Positions 1 through 11,200 of a stretch of DNA of 64,000 nt are shown in pieces. Source of the stretch: Polyangiales bacterium. Its GTDB lineage: Bacteria; Myxococcota_A; Polyangia; Polyangiales; Ga0077539. Every line of letters starts with the position of its first letter. The first letter of the stretch is position 1. The stretch covers positions 86,356 to 150,355 of the forward strand of contig JBGARZ010000024.1 of NCBI GenBank assembly GCA_044229975.1, read 5' to 3'. Position numbers and translations under genes: made by a program. The notes under the pieces were generated by a model, which saw nothing but the letters and a program-made list of their open reading frames with translations, made no database searches and was not told where the DNA came from.

Positions 1-387
1 GGCCAGCGACCCTCGGCAGTAGGCCGGGGTGCGGACGTCCCCGCGGAGCTCGGGCAGGCGGTCGAGGTCCTCCCGCAGACGGCGGCCGTCGAGCGTGTCG
101 CCCGCGAGCCCGTCGATGAAGTCGCCGACCGCGGCGTCCTCCATCTGGAGGCCGTTGGTGGGGTGCCGCACGATCGCTCCCTGGTGCATCCGATAGAAGC
201 GCGCCGTCCGGGCGCCGCAGCGGGCGCGGATGTGATCGGCGGTCCAGCGTCCCAGCGCGGGCCAGTCGTCGAGGGCGCCCTCGATGATGACCGGTCGGGC
301 CAGCCGTATGTAGTCACGCTGGAACCGATCCACCGTAGGCGGCACGATGCGCGGGATCGGGGCTGCGCTGTCACGCACGCGGGGCAC
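1..387 (-). CDS. JmjC/cupin-8 family 2OG-Fe(II) oxygenase-like protein, 5' part only (runs off window)
   Basis: Not in the ORF track. Manual minus-strand translation gives ...IPRIVPPTVDRFQRDYIRLARPVIIEGALDDWPALGRWTADHIRARCG..., the typical cupin-8 N-terminal F-x3-Y-x5-PVII-x-G-x3-DWPA-x3-W pattern. The frame is open to base 1; the GTG start (387 or 378) is uncertain. Confidence 0.7.
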   Translation of the reverse strand, partial: MPRVRDSAAPIPRIVPPTVDRFQRDYIRLARPVIIEGALDDWPALGRWTADHIRARCGARTARFYRMHQGAIVRHPTNGLQMEDAAVGDFIDGLAGDTLDGRRLREDLDRLPELRGDVRTPAYCRGSLA

Positions 388-426
388 AGTACCGAGGCTC
401 ACCCCCCGCGCAAATCACGGATCAGT

Positions 427-2106
427 TCACCGGCGCCAGGCCAGGGCGCGGCAGGGAGCCTCGACGATCCGCGGGTCAAGCCACGCCGGCGGCGTGGGGA
501 GGCGGAGCCGGACGGGCCCCGTCGTGAAGCGGCGGATGGTGACGTCGCCGAACGCCTCCACGACCTCGGTGTGCGGCGACCAGATCGTATCAGGCACGAG
601 GAGCGTGGGGCGCGCGTCGGTTCCCAGGACGATCAGGTCGCCAACGTGGAACTCGTGCCGAGAGAACTCGCAGGGCCAGAACATTCCCCCCGTTTCGTAG
701 TGCGAGCTGGCCCCCCGGATGACGCTCTCGTACTGGCCGTTGCGGTGATTGGAGAGCAGGTGCAGCCCGAGCATGATGTCGAACGCGGGGATGTACCGCG
801 CGGGCCCCGCCCCCGAGGCGACAAGGGCCGGGGTGAGCAACTGGACATTGGTCAGGATGAGCGTGGGCCGCTGTTGCGCGGAGGCCCGGAGGACGGCGGC
901 GAGCGCGCGCGAGGGCGGGGCGACGGACTCGAAGTCGCGGAGGCACATCAGGTCGATCGCGACGGCGGCCGTGGACAGGAAGGCCAGCGTCGCCAGCGCG
1001 GCGGAGCGGGACGCGCCGCGCAACCAGGTCACCACGGCGGGCGCGAGCAGCGCGACCGTGGCCAGGGCGAAGAGGGGTGACATCGGCCGGAAGCGCGCGG
1101 TGGCGATGGCCCAAGCGGCGGCAGCGATGAGCGGGACGACGGCGAGCGCGCGATGGAAGATGGCCTCGCGGGCGAAGGCCACCGCGACCGCGATCCCCAG
1201 GAGGGCGATGGAGAGGTAGCGGGGCGCCACCTCGGGGCCGTCGATGCCGAAGAAGGGGCTCACCGTGAACGCGAGCAGCAGGACAGCGCTCACGACAACA
1301 GTCGCGCGGGCGGAGCCGCCCCGCGCGAACGCGGCGGGCGTGAAGAGCAACGCCCAGGCCCCGGCGACCAGGGCGTAGGCGGAGAAGATCCGCCGGACCG
1401 TCTCCGCGTTCAGAGTCAGGCGGAACACCTCCCCGAGGCCGGGCGGCGGGGTTGCTTCCATCGGCGGGTTTTGCAGGAACCACAGCGGCGCGCGGTGGTA
1501 GACCGCGCCCGCGGACAGGTACAGCAACGGGAACACCAGCGCGCCGAGCACCGTATCGCGCCGCCCAGGGCGCGCGAGGGCGACCAGCACGAGCACGCCA
1601 ACGAAGGCCGCGAACTCGTAGCGCGCCCAGACCGTGAGCCCGAGCACCACGCCCGCGGCGAAGCGCTGGCGCCGACCGTCCCCCTCGTAGAGCCAGAGGC
1701 CAACCGCCAGCAGCGCAAGGCCGTCAGAGTTCGACTGCCCCGTGGCCGCGCTGAACCAGTACGCCGGCGAGGCCGCGACCGTCAGCGCCGCGAGCCAGCC
1801 TTCGCCGCCAAGGCGCCCGGCCCACCTGCCCACGGCCAGCACCCCGAGCGCGGTGAGCAGGACGTGCGCGACAACGAACCCCTTCCAACCGAGCGCTGCG
1901 GTGGGGAGGTAGAGCAGCGAAAGCGCCGGGTGCAGCTTCTGGAGGAAGAGCCCGGCGGCGAAGTCGTCCGCTGCGATCTGCGCGCCCAGGTAGGTGAGCC
2001 GACCCTCGTCAGAATCGACGCGACCGGAGAGGGCGAGCGCCAGGACACTCACGCCGAAGACGACCGCGATGAGGGCCACCAAGTCGCGCCGCACGAGGGT
2101 TGTCAT
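427..2106 (-). CDS. Multi-pass membrane protein, possibly GT-C-fold glycosyltransferase-like
   Basis: 559 aa with many hydrophobic helices, an early acidic 'DSDE' loop after TM1, a 'WARYE' motif and a soluble C-terminal domain. Confidence 0.5.
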   Translation of the reverse strand: MTTLVRRDLVALIAVVFGVSVLALALSGRVDSDEGRLTYLGAQIAADDFAAGLFLQKLHPALSLLYLPTAALGWKGFVVAHVLLTALGVLAVGRWAGRLGGEGWLAALTVAASPAYWFSAATGQSNSDGLALLAVGLWLYEGDGRRQRFAAGVVLGLTVWARYEFAAFVGVLVLVALARPGRRDTVLGALVFPLLYLSAGAVYHRAPLWFLQNPPMEATPPPGLGEVFRLTLNAETVRRIFSAYALVAGAWALLFTPAAFARGGSARATVVVSAVLLLAFTVSPFFGIDGPEVAPRYLSIALLGIAVAVAFAREAIFHRALAVVPLIAAAAWAIATARFRPMSPLFALATVALLAPAVVTWLRGASRSAALATLAFLSTAAVAIDLMCLRDFESVAPPSRALAAVLRASAQQRPTLILTNVQLLTPALVASGAGPARYIPAFDIMLGLHLLSNHRNGQYESVIRGASSHYETGGMFWPCEFSRHEFHVGDLIVLGTDARPTLLVPDTIWSPHTEVVEAFGDVTIRRFTTGPVRLRLPTPPAWLDPRIVEAPCRALAWRR

Positions 2107-2279
2107 TGCAGTGGGAGGGCCTCTGACGGCGGGGCGAAGAGTCAGACATTGGTTGTGCGGTAACTTGTCCGCTCAAACCGAATACCCGGCACTCTAGGGC
2201 TCTGCATGCGTCCGCAGCAAGCAACCACGGAATCCGCTCCACACCCACAACATTCCAGCGGGGCGTCGACGCGCAGGGC

Positions 2280-3386
2280 TCAGATCGTCCCGAGATAAGC
2301 CAGGAGCAGCGCCCGGTCCTCAGGGCTCGCGTTGATGTAGCCCTGCGTTGCCGCCGCCGCCTCGCCGCCGTGCGCGCGAATCGCCTCGTCGACGCTAGTC
2401 GTTCGGCCATCGTGCAGCAACCGCGGGCGGAAGCGGAGTCCCCACAGCGGCGCGGTGCGGAACTCGTCGCCGTCGAACACGACGGTCTGAGGGACGGCGT
2501 CATGCGCGTGGCTGATGATCCCGTCGGCCAGCACGGACCCCATGCTGTGTACGCACAGGTCCGTGAAGGCGGACACACCCGGGCCAGTCTCCGGGCGATG
2601 GCAGGATCCGCAGGCAAGGCGCTCGAAGACCTGCGCGCCGCGCGGATCAGCGGGGAGCGTTGGCGGCGGGGCGAGGCCCTGCACGAAACTCGTGAGGTCG
2701 CGCACGGTGGGGTCGTCTGCCTCGGGATCGGCCACGCCGTCGTCGTCCATCGCCGCGAGCGTGCTGTCCTCCTGGACGAGGTTGGTGATCCCCATCTCGT
2801 CGTTGAGCGCAGAGCTCACCACGCCGCGCACGGTCTGGGCGAAGGGCTTGGTCCCGAAGCGGGCAACGCGGCCATCGATCACGATGAACGCTCCGTCGCG
2901 GCAGCCCGCGGTGCGCAGCACCTCCTCCGGGATCGACTCGATCAGTCCGATGCCGAAGAGCGGCGGCGGCATGCGACGCGTCACGTTCGTCGGCCGTGGC
3001 CGCGGCATGAACCCGGGGATCGCGCTGTGCTGGAAGTTCTCGACGTCTGGCCGTGGGTCCTCGCTCAGCCCAACGTAGATGCGATCCTCGAAGTCGCCCT
3101 GACCTCCCATCACCGGGTTGTCGTGGCAGTTCTGGCATGAGCTGTCGTTGTAGTAAGGGCCGAGCCCGGAGCCGACGTCATAGACCCGCGAGAACAGCGC
3201 GCGCCCGCGATCGAAGGCCGCGCGTTGAGCTGGGGAAAGGTCCGTGCGAGGAGCGCCGGGGAGCGCCACGTCCTGGGTTGCGTTCGCGTCGGAGGGGCCC
3301 GCGTCCCGGGATGCTGGTGGGGTGATCTCGCTCTCACAGCCGAGGGTTGCGAGCAGCAGGCCGAGACAGCTAGTTCGCCAAATCAT
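2280..3386 (-). CDS. Di-heme cytochrome c oxidoreductase family lipoprotein
   Basis: Two CxxCH motifs (CQNCH, CGSCH) plus GLGP-x-YN, PPLFGIGL, FRTAPLWGL and LLHDGR-x6-AI-x2-HGGEA family motifs. Lipobox LATLGC follows ATG 3386 (start trimmed from the track ORF). Confidence 0.8.
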   Translation of the reverse strand: MIWRTSCLGLLLATLGCESEITPPASRDAGPSDANATQDVALPGAPRTDLSPAQRAAFDRGRALFSRVYDVGSGLGPYYNDSSCQNCHDNPVMGGQGDFEDRIYVGLSEDPRPDVENFQHSAIPGFMPRPRPTNVTRRMPPPLFGIGLIESIPEEVLRTAGCRDGAFIVIDGRVARFGTKPFAQTVRGVVSSALNDEMGITNLVQEDSTLAAMDDDGVADPEADDPTVRDLTSFVQGLAPPPTLPADPRGAQVFERLACGSCHRPETGPGVSAFTDLCVHSMGSVLADGIISHAHDAVPQTVVFDGDEFRTAPLWGLRFRPRLLHDGRTTSVDEAIRAHGGEAAAATQGYINASPEDRALLLAYLGTI

Positions 3387-3477
3387 CCTTGGATGTGACC
3401 ATACCATCCCATAGAGTGAGTGCGCGTCCCCGCGGCGAACCACCCATGAGCGGCCGTGGAGGATCGCGGAGGACTCG

Positions 3478-5523
3478 TTGACCGTCACGCCGACCCTGGT
3501 CCGATTGCGCGCAAACCGCCGCACGGTCGCGCTCCCGATCCTCGCGCTCATCCTCACGAACTGCAGCGACGCTACGCCCGGGCCGACCGACGCCGCGACG
3601 CGCGACGCGACCGCGATCCGCCCGCGGGACGGTTGGTCCGCCCTGTTCACCTTCCGCGATCCAGCGGTGCGCACCCAGCGCGCGGCGGCGCCGGACGGGG
3701 GGTGGTTCCTGATGCCGCTGCACGGGCACCTCCTGCCGACCGGGCGGGTGATGCTGCACGGCTTCGCCCGCAACAGCCGCGGCGACGGCCCCGACAAGCC
3801 GGTCACGCTCCAGAGCGACGCGACCTGGATCATCGACCCCGCCGACCCGCGCCTCGCCGCGCGCGCCGACGGCGACCTCCCCGTGGAGGTGTCCTACCCC
3901 CCGACGGCCACCGCGGCGGAACCCGACGGCCTCATCCGGCGCGACGACCAGAGCGACTGGGAGGCCGGCGAGGCCATGCTCTGCGGCGGCCACACCTTCC
4001 TCTCCGACGGGCTCCTCTTCTACGCCGGCGGCACCGCCTTCGAGAGCGATCGCGACCCGGGCACCCCCCCGAACGCCCGCAACCACGGCGACCTGATCGC
4101 CGTCGGGACGCAGCGTTCGGCCCGCTTCAACCCGTGGGGAGAGGCGGTCGCCGGGGCGCGCCCGGGCTGGAGCGTCGGCCCCTCGTCGCAGCTCGGCGGC
4201 CGGTACTACCCCACCAACACCCGGCTCCCCGACGGGCGCGTGGTGGTCGCGTCGGGCTACTTCGACACCGAGGAGCTGCCGAACCCCAGCGTCGAGGTCT
4301 TCGACCCGGCGCAGAACACCTGGACGCCCCTCGTCCCGGCGATCCGCCCGGGCGACGACATCGCCGACGACGACCCGCGCCGGTACCTCTACCCGAGCGC
4401 GCAGGACTACGTGCACGCGTTCCTGCTGCCGCGGCCGTGGCCCGCGGGGACCCCGGCCGGCAACGCCCTGGAGCGCCGGGTCGCCCTCATGGGCATCACC
4501 GGGCGGGTGGTCCTGCTGAGCGTCGACGGGCCCGCGGGGCTCGACCGGGTCTTCGTCCCGCCGGGCGGGCGCCGCCCGGGGGAGGGCACCAACGACCGCG
4601 AGTGGCGGGGCGAGGGCGCCACGACGGTGCTCCTGCCCGACGGCCGCATCCTCACGATGGGCGGCGCCGACGTCGGGGGCTACGGGGGGCGCGCGGACCT
4701 CTACGACCCGCGGCCCGGCGCGCCGACCTTCGACGCGTGGGAGTCGTTCCCGCTGTGCGACGCCGCGGGGGCCTGCGCGTCGCGCTACCAGGGCGCGGCG
4801 CTCTACCTGCCCGACGGGCGGGTCGCGTTCGTGGGCGGTCGGCGCCAGGGGCGCACGGACGGCTCGGGCCACGAGGGCGAGGAGGAGAGCCACGTGGTCA
4901 ACGCGCGCGCGACCGTGGACGAGCGCAGCCCGGCGCTCATCGACTGGCAGACGCGACGGGTGACCTTCGGCTCCCCGTGGCCCGACGACCTCGTGCGCAC
5001 GCAGCATTCGGTCACCCTCCTGCTGCCCGACGGCCGGCTGCTCGTCGCGGGCGGCCGGCGGATCTACTGCGAGCCCTCCTGCGCCGACGAGCAACCCACC
5101 CTGCGGCTCTACTCCCCCGCCTACCTCGACCCGGCCTTGGCGCCATGGCGCCCGCGGTTGGGAACGCTCGTCGATGCCTCCTCCGGCCGCCCCCTCGCGC
5201 TCGCCAACCGCAACCCCGTCGTGTCGCTCGGGTCGACGGTGCGCGTACCCGTGTCGACCGACGCCGCGCCCGCGCCCGCCGCGTCGATGCGCTTCGCGCT
5301 CGTGGCCAACGGCTCCATCACCCACCGCTTCGACCAGAACCTCCGCTACGTCACGGTCCCCCACGCGGAGGCGAACGGCGGCTACGTGCTATCGATCCCC
5401 GCGAGCGGCGACGCGCTCCCGCCGGGCCCATACATGCTCTTTGCCATCGAGACGGTGACTACCGGGTCGGGACAGATCGACGTCCCTTCGATCGCGAGCC
5501 TCGTCATGGTGCGGGGGCGGTAG
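3478..5523 (+). CDS. Galactose/glyoxal oxidase-like kelch beta-propeller protein (copper radical oxidase family)
   Basis: MLCGGH, RYYPTNTRLPDGRV, HSVTLLLPDGRLLVAGG, C-terminal SITHRFDQNLR and PPGPYMLF (early-set domain). Lipoprotein-like signal LILTNC. Confidence 0.8.
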   Translation: MTVTPTLVRLRANRRTVALPILALILTNCSDATPGPTDAATRDATAIRPRDGWSALFTFRDPAVRTQRAAAPDGGWFLMPLHGHLLPTGRVMLHGFARNSRGDGPDKPVTLQSDATWIIDPADPRLAARADGDLPVEVSYPPTATAAEPDGLIRRDDQSDWEAGEAMLCGGHTFLSDGLLFYAGGTAFESDRDPGTPPNARNHGDLIAVGTQRSARFNPWGEAVAGARPGWSVGPSSQLGGRYYPTNTRLPDGRVVVASGYFDTEELPNPSVEVFDPAQNTWTPLVPAIRPGDDIADDDPRRYLYPSAQDYVHAFLLPRPWPAGTPAGNALERRVALMGITGRVVLLSVDGPAGLDRVFVPPGGRRPGEGTNDREWRGEGATTVLLPDGRILTMGGADVGGYGGRADLYDPRPGAPTFDAWESFPLCDAAGACASRYQGAALYLPDGRVAFVGGRRQGRTDGSGHEGEEESHVVNARATVDERSPALIDWQTRRVTFGSPWPDDLVRTQHSVTLLLPDGRLLVAGGRRIYCEPSCADEQPTLRLYSPAYLDPALAPWRPRLGTLVDASSGRPLALANRNPVVSLGSTVRVPVSTDAAPAPAASMRFALVANGSITHRFDQNLRYVTVPHAEANGGYVLSIPASGDALPPGPYMLFAIETVTTGSGQIDVPSIASLVMVRGR

Positions 5524-5614
5524 ACCGCAATCGCTCGACGATGATCAACCCGCATGGTGCGGGGGCCATGTCTTGACAGTCCGTGGCCTTCGGGAGGACT
5601 GTCAACATCAAACC

Positions 5615-8119
5615 ATGAGGCCAAAGATGCGTGCATTCCGATCGGATGGGCTGCTGGTGGTGTTGAGCGTCCTCGGTGTCGGATGCACGCGATCGCGGGG
5701 GCCGTCCCCGGCCTCGCGCCCGGCCTCGCCGTCGCCCACGGCTCCGGCCGCGACTGCTCCTCAGGCCAACGGCGCCGACCTCGCCCGCGAGCGGGTCGCA
5801 CACATGGCTGACCAGGTGGCGCACGACCCCTCGCTGGCCCGAGTCAACGCGGAAGAGGCGACGCTGGGCGAGGTGCGCCGCACGCTGCTCGACCCGTGGG
5901 TCGCGCAGTGGCGCGCGAGAGAGGGCGCCGGCTTCTCGGCGCGCGCCGACGTGGGCCTGAGCTGGTCGTCTGCCGCCCGCACGCTGCACCGTGAGGTCGA
6001 GGGCTTGCGCGAGTTCGCGTGGGCGCTCCAGCCGACCGCCGCGCCCGGCGACGAGGCCCAACGCTACCTCGCGGGCTTCAGCCGCGTGGACGACGTGCGC
6101 CTCGACGTGTGGCGCATGGTGCCCTCCGGCGAGCATGTGACCCTCGACGTCCGCTACGAGTTGCGCGGCCTCACGACGGCGGGCGCGCGTCGCCACGACC
6201 GGGGCGCGCTCACGCTCGAGGCGACCAGGCGCGACGGCGCCTGGCGCGTCACGCGCGCGTCGACCGGGCCGATGGAGAGCGTCGAAGGCCTGCGCCGCCC
6301 GGCCTTCGAGGTCGCGACGGCGTCGATGGGCCTCGACCAGCTCCCGGTCACGTCGCGCACCGAGGCCATCCGCCGCGGCGGCTACGCCGTGGCTGTGGCC
6401 GACTACGACGACGACCGCCGCCCCGACATGTTGGTGGGCAACGTCGGCCCGGTGCGGCTGCTCCACAACACAGGCCACGGTTTCGAGGACGTGACCCGCG
6501 CCGCGGGCCTGCAAGGCGAGACGCTGGTGAAGTCCGCGGTGTTCGCCGACCTCGACAGCGACGGCCACCGCGACCTCGTGCTGCTGCGCTTCGTCGACAC
6601 CGCCGACCGGCAGAGCGACGACCTGTCGGTCTACCGCAACCTGGGCAACGGGCGCTTCGAGCGCCACGACAATCTGCTCCCGCGCGGCCGCCGCTACGAC
6701 CGCGGCATGCCCCTCGCGGTGGCCGACTTCGACGGCAACGGACACCTCGACCTGTACCTGGGCTTCCCTGGCGCGCGCGACTTCACCAACAACCTCCAGA
6801 ACACCCAGCGGACGGCCGGGCTCTCGTCGCAGGGCATCTGGTTCAACCAGGGCAACTGGCGCTTCACCGAGTCGCCCGCCGACAGCGTGCTGGTGCAGGC
6901 GCGCGAGGTCTATCCCCACGCCACGCTGGTCTCGGACCTCGACAACGACGGCCGCGTCGATCTGGTGGTGGTCGACGACAGCGGGCGCGTAAGCCCCGTC
7001 TATCACAACGACGGCGCGGGCCGGTTTCACGACGTGACGGCGCAGAGCCGCCTCGACGCGCCGGGCTGGAGCATGGGCGCCGCCGCGGGTGATTTCGATG
7101 GCGACGGTGCGATGGACCTCGTGACCACGAACGTCGAGCTGCTCGACGCCACCCGCATGGCGGCTTCTGCCGAGGGCCGCGAGACCGACCCCGAGCTGGC
7201 GCAGCGCTTCGCGGAGGTGCGCCGCTCGCAGAGTGGGGTGCGGATCTACCACAACCGTGGCGACGGCACCTTCGAGCCCGCCCAGCGTTCGGGCATCGAC
7301 TGGGTGGGTGAGGGCGCCGCGGGCGCCGAGTGGGTCGACTACAACAACGACGGCCGCCTCGACCTCTACGTCGCCAACGGCCTGTGGAGCGGCGGCGGCG
7401 AGGACTTCTCGAGCCTCTTCACCCGTGGGGCCCTGCTCGGCCGCGCCAGCGAGGAGTGGGAGCACAGCGACGAGGTCACCGGCATCCCGGTGTTCGCCGC
7501 GCGCGGCCGCGAGCCCAACCCCATCCTCACGATCCTGCGGGAGTTTCGCGGCGAGCTCGCCAACCCGCGGGCGCCCTGGACGGCCACCGCACCGACGCTC
7601 TCGATGGCTGGCGGGCAGCGCAACCGGCTCTACCGCAACAACGGCGACAGCACCTTCACCGAGGTGGGCTACCTGGAGGGCGCCGACTCGCAGGAGGACG
7701 GCTATGTGATCGCCCCGTCCGACCTCGACGGCGACGGCCGCCAGGACCTCGTGCTGCGCAACTGCGACCCTGCCCCGGGCCGTCGCTTCGAGACGGTCAC
7801 CGTCCTGCGCAACACGGGCACGGCAGGCGCCAACGGCAACTCGCTGCGCATCGCCACGCGCGGTGAGCACAACTCCGACGGCTTCGGCGCCGTGGTCACC
7901 GTCTGGGTGGGCGACCGTCGCATCGTGCGTGAGGTCCGCGCCGTGAGCGGCGCCGCCCAGGGCGACCCGGAGGCCTTCGTTGGCATCGGCTCCGCCCAGC
8001 ACGCCGACCGCGTCGAGATCCGCTGGCCCAACGGCAACGTGCAACGCATGGGCAGCGTGCAAGCCGGCGAGATCGTGATGCAGGAGCGGCCGGCCGCCAC
8101 CCGCGTCGCCGCTCGCTGA
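5615..8119 (+). CDS. FG-GAP repeat / CRTAC1-ASPIC-UnbV family lipoprotein
   Basis: Repeated D-x-D/N-x-DG-x2-D-L motifs and NxGxGxF turns. C-terminal 'GAVVTV...FVGIG...RVEIRWPNG' ASPIC/UnbV-like domain. Lipobox LGVGC. Start uncertain (5573, 5615 or 5627). Confidence 0.8.
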   Translation: MRPKMRAFRSDGLLVVLSVLGVGCTRSRGPSPASRPASPSPTAPAATAPQANGADLARERVAHMADQVAHDPSLARVNAEEATLGEVRRTLLDPWVAQWRAREGAGFSARADVGLSWSSAARTLHREVEGLREFAWALQPTAAPGDEAQRYLAGFSRVDDVRLDVWRMVPSGEHVTLDVRYELRGLTTAGARRHDRGALTLEATRRDGAWRVTRASTGPMESVEGLRRPAFEVATASMGLDQLPVTSRTEAIRRGGYAVAVADYDDDRRPDMLVGNVGPVRLLHNTGHGFEDVTRAAGLQGETLVKSAVFADLDSDGHRDLVLLRFVDTADRQSDDLSVYRNLGNGRFERHDNLLPRGRRYDRGMPLAVADFDGNGHLDLYLGFPGARDFTNNLQNTQRTAGLSSQGIWFNQGNWRFTESPADSVLVQAREVYPHATLVSDLDNDGRVDLVVVDDSGRVSPVYHNDGAGRFHDVTAQSRLDAPGWSMGAAAGDFDGDGAMDLVTTNVELLDATRMAASAEGRETDPELAQRFAEVRRSQSGVRIYHNRGDGTFEPAQRSGIDWVGEGAAGAEWVDYNNDGRLDLYVANGLWSGGGEDFSSLFTRGALLGRASEEWEHSDEVTGIPVFAARGREPNPILTILREFRGELANPRAPWTATAPTLSMAGGQRNRLYRNNGDSTFTEVGYLEGADSQEDGYVIAPSDLDGDGRQDLVLRNCDPAPGRRFETVTVLRNTGTAGANGNSLRIATRGEHNSDGFGAVVTVWVGDRRIVREVRAVSGAAQGDPEAFVGIGSAQHADRVEIRWPNGNVQRMGSVQAGEIVMQERPAATRVAAR

Positions 8120-8144
8120 CAGACTCCCTCCACCATTAGCCTGC

Positions 8145-8179
8145 CTAGACGTTCAGACGCCTGAACGTCCTGGACGTCC
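8145..8179. repeat. Tandem degenerate 8-bp repeats (CYAGACGT-like), site 1 of 5
   Basis: CTAGACGT TCAGACGC CTGAACGT C CTGGACGT in the gap between convergent genes. Confidence 0.55.
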
Positions 8180-8220
8180 GAGGCCACCGGAGATCGGATC
8201 GGTCCACGTACCTCGCACGA

Positions 8221-11200
8221 TCACCCGATCGGCCGCAGCTCGTCGCTCCCGAAGAGCTCGAAGTACATCGCCCACGTCTTCGGGCACCGCTCCCTCACGC
8301 TGCATCCGCGGCACGGCGGCGGCTCGGGTCTCTGCGTCGCCCGCACGGCATCGAGCGCGTCGTGCGTCAGGTGCAGGTCGTCCACCCGGTGCCGCGCCCA
8401 GTCCTCGGTCGCGTCGGGACTCCCGTGCAGCTCCGTCGGCAGCGCGCACAGCGGAAACGCCTCCGTGCTCACCGTCACGCCCTGCTGCGCCGCGACCTTC
8501 GCCGCCTGCCGCACCGCCAACGCCGCATGCGCCAGCCGCGGGACCGCGTCGGTCACCGCCCGCCCCGGCAGCTCCACCGGCCGCGGGAAGTTGAACTGCA
8601 CCCGCGTCGCCCCGAGGTGCTTCGCGAAGGCCACCGTCGTCGCGAGCCCCCGTAGATTCCCCCGCAGCACCGGAACCGTCACCAGCAACTGCCGCCCCGA
8701 CGCGGCCAGCGCCTTGATGGCCGTCGCCGTCGCGCGAAACGCCCCCGCCACCCCCGACAGCCGATCGTGCGTCGCCTCGTCGGCCGCCAGGAGCTGCACC
8801 TCGAAGGCGTCGACCCCCGCGCGCAGCAGCTCGTCCCGCAGCCCCACCGCCGCGAGCGCTTTGCCGTCGGTCTGGAGCTGCACGAAGCGGTAGCCCATGC
8901 GCCGCGCGCGACCCACGAGCGCCGCCAGGTCGCGCCGCAGCGTCGCCTCGCCCCGCAGGATCACCAGCTCGTCGCACCCCGCCTCGCGCCCCTCGGCGAG
9001 CGAGCGCAGCGCCTCATCCGACGACCGATCGGGCTGCTCGCGTTGATCGCGCAGGGTGCAGTGCCCGCAGTCGAGGTCGCAGCGCGTGGTCAGCCGCAAC
9101 GACAGCCGACGCCCACCGGGCAACGCCGCGAGTACGGCATCGCTCGCGATCGGCGCGAGCGCGGGGCCGGGCGGTCGCTCGACGAGGAAGTCACCGATGG
9201 CGAGGAAGTCGGCGCCCAGGCCCACGAAGCAGTCGAGCGCGTCAGCAGGCGTGCAGACGATGGGCTCCCCCCGACGATTGAACGACGTGTCGAGCACCAT
9301 CGGAACGCCCGTGAGCCGCTCGAAGGCCGCGATCATCGCGTGGTAGCGCGGCTGCTCGGTGGGGTGGACGACCTGCGGGCGGGTGGTTCCGTCGACGTGG
9401 ACGACGGCGGGGACGCGCGCGCGTTGCGACTCGATGACGGGCAGCGTGAAGAGCATGAAGCGCGAGTCGAAGGCCCGCTCCAGCCACTCGCCCTCGCGAC
9501 CCGCCAGCACCGACGGACCAAACGGCCGCCACGGCTCGCGCTGCTTCATCGCGTTGACCCGCGCGTGCATCGCCGCGTTGCGCGGATCAGCCACGATGGA
9601 CCGCGCCCCGAGCGCCCGCGGGCCGAACTCCATCGGCCCCTGAAACCAGCACGCCACCTGTCCGTCTGCGAGCCGCCGCGCCGTCTCTGTGGCCACGTCG
9701 TCGACGCGCTTCCACCGCAGCCGCGAGCGCTTGAGCACCCGCTCGATGGACCCGTCGTCGAAGTCGGGACCCAGCCCCGCGTGGGTGAGCGCCGGGCTGC
9801 GATCGGTCTCTCCCAGGTGCATCGCCCACGCTTCGAGCGCCGCGCCGAAGGCCGTCCCCGCGTCGTTGGCCCCCGGCTGCACGAACATCGCCCCCGGCGC
9901 GAACTCCCGGCGCAGGCGTTCGTTCATGGTGCAGTTGAGCGCGACGCCGCCCGCGAGGCAGAGCGCGTCGAGCGGGCCGTCTCCCACCGCGCGTCGCAGC
10001 AGCGCGACCACGGTGTCTTCGAGCGCCTTCTGCACGCTCGCCGCGAGGTCCTGGTGGCGCCGCTCGATGGGTCCATCGGGAGCGCGCGCGTAGGCCGCGA
10101 AGGTGTCGTTGAAGCCCTCCTCGTGCGCGACGAGCGTGCCGTCGTCCCGCATCGCGAGGTGCCGCGAGATGTCGACGTTGGGCGTCCCGAAGGAGGCCAG
10201 GGCCATCACGCTGCCCTGCCCGTGGGAGCCGAAGCCCAGCAGCGAGGTGACCCCCGAGTACACGCCGCCGATGGAGCGGTCGGTGAGCGCCAGCACGCTG
10301 TCGACCAGTGCGAGAACACCGTCCGTCGCCCGCCACACCGCCGCGCACTCGCGGTCGCCGCGGCCGTCGACGGTGAGCACCCAGGCGTCCAGACGTCCAG
10401 ACGCTCTGAGGGCTGAAGCCGCGTGGGCCCGGTGATGCGGGAGGTAGAGCACCCTGCCCGCGCGCACCGCCGGGATGTCCGCCTTCGCATCGAGGAAGGG
10501 GATCTTCCCCACGTAGCGCCCGTGCAGTCCGTTGACGGCGATGCACTCGACGTCGTCGAGGGTGATGCCTTCGCGCTCCAGCAGCGCGCGGATGGGCCCG
10601 CGGCAGAGGGTCTCTTCGAGGCAGAGGGTCGGGTCGACGGCCGCCGTCACGCCGGGCCGACCGGGCGGGTGCCAGCCCGCGTGACGGACGCGGTTGATGC
10701 GTTCGAGCTCGACGGCGCCGACCACCGCGCCGTCCTTCAGCAACGCGGCGGCGTGCTCCTGCTGGGTCATCACGGCGAGGCCCAGCACATACCTTGACCC
10801 CACCACCGGCCCCCGCTTCGGCAGCAGATAGCTCGGCGGAAACGGCGCCGGAACGCTCGGCCCCGGCAACCCCGCGAGCCGCGACAACCACCCTGGTCGA
10901 TGCGCGAGTGCGTCGCTGCGGGTGTTGCCATCGGGCGCGTGCGTCGGCCGGATGGCGTCGCTCGGACACGCCTCCACGCAGTCCAGGCAGCGGGTGCAGT
11001 CGTCCTCCGCGCCCTCTCTCAGCCCGACGATCACGCCCTCGGTCCCCGCCTTCAACACCCCCTCCGGGCAGACCTCCGAGCACGCCCCGCAGCCCGTGCA
11101 CCGCGACGCGTCCACCACCATCGGCAACCGCGGCCGATGCGCGGGCGGCTGCGCCGTCACCGTCGGTCGTCGTGACGCCTTCCACGCGAGCCCGTCGAGC

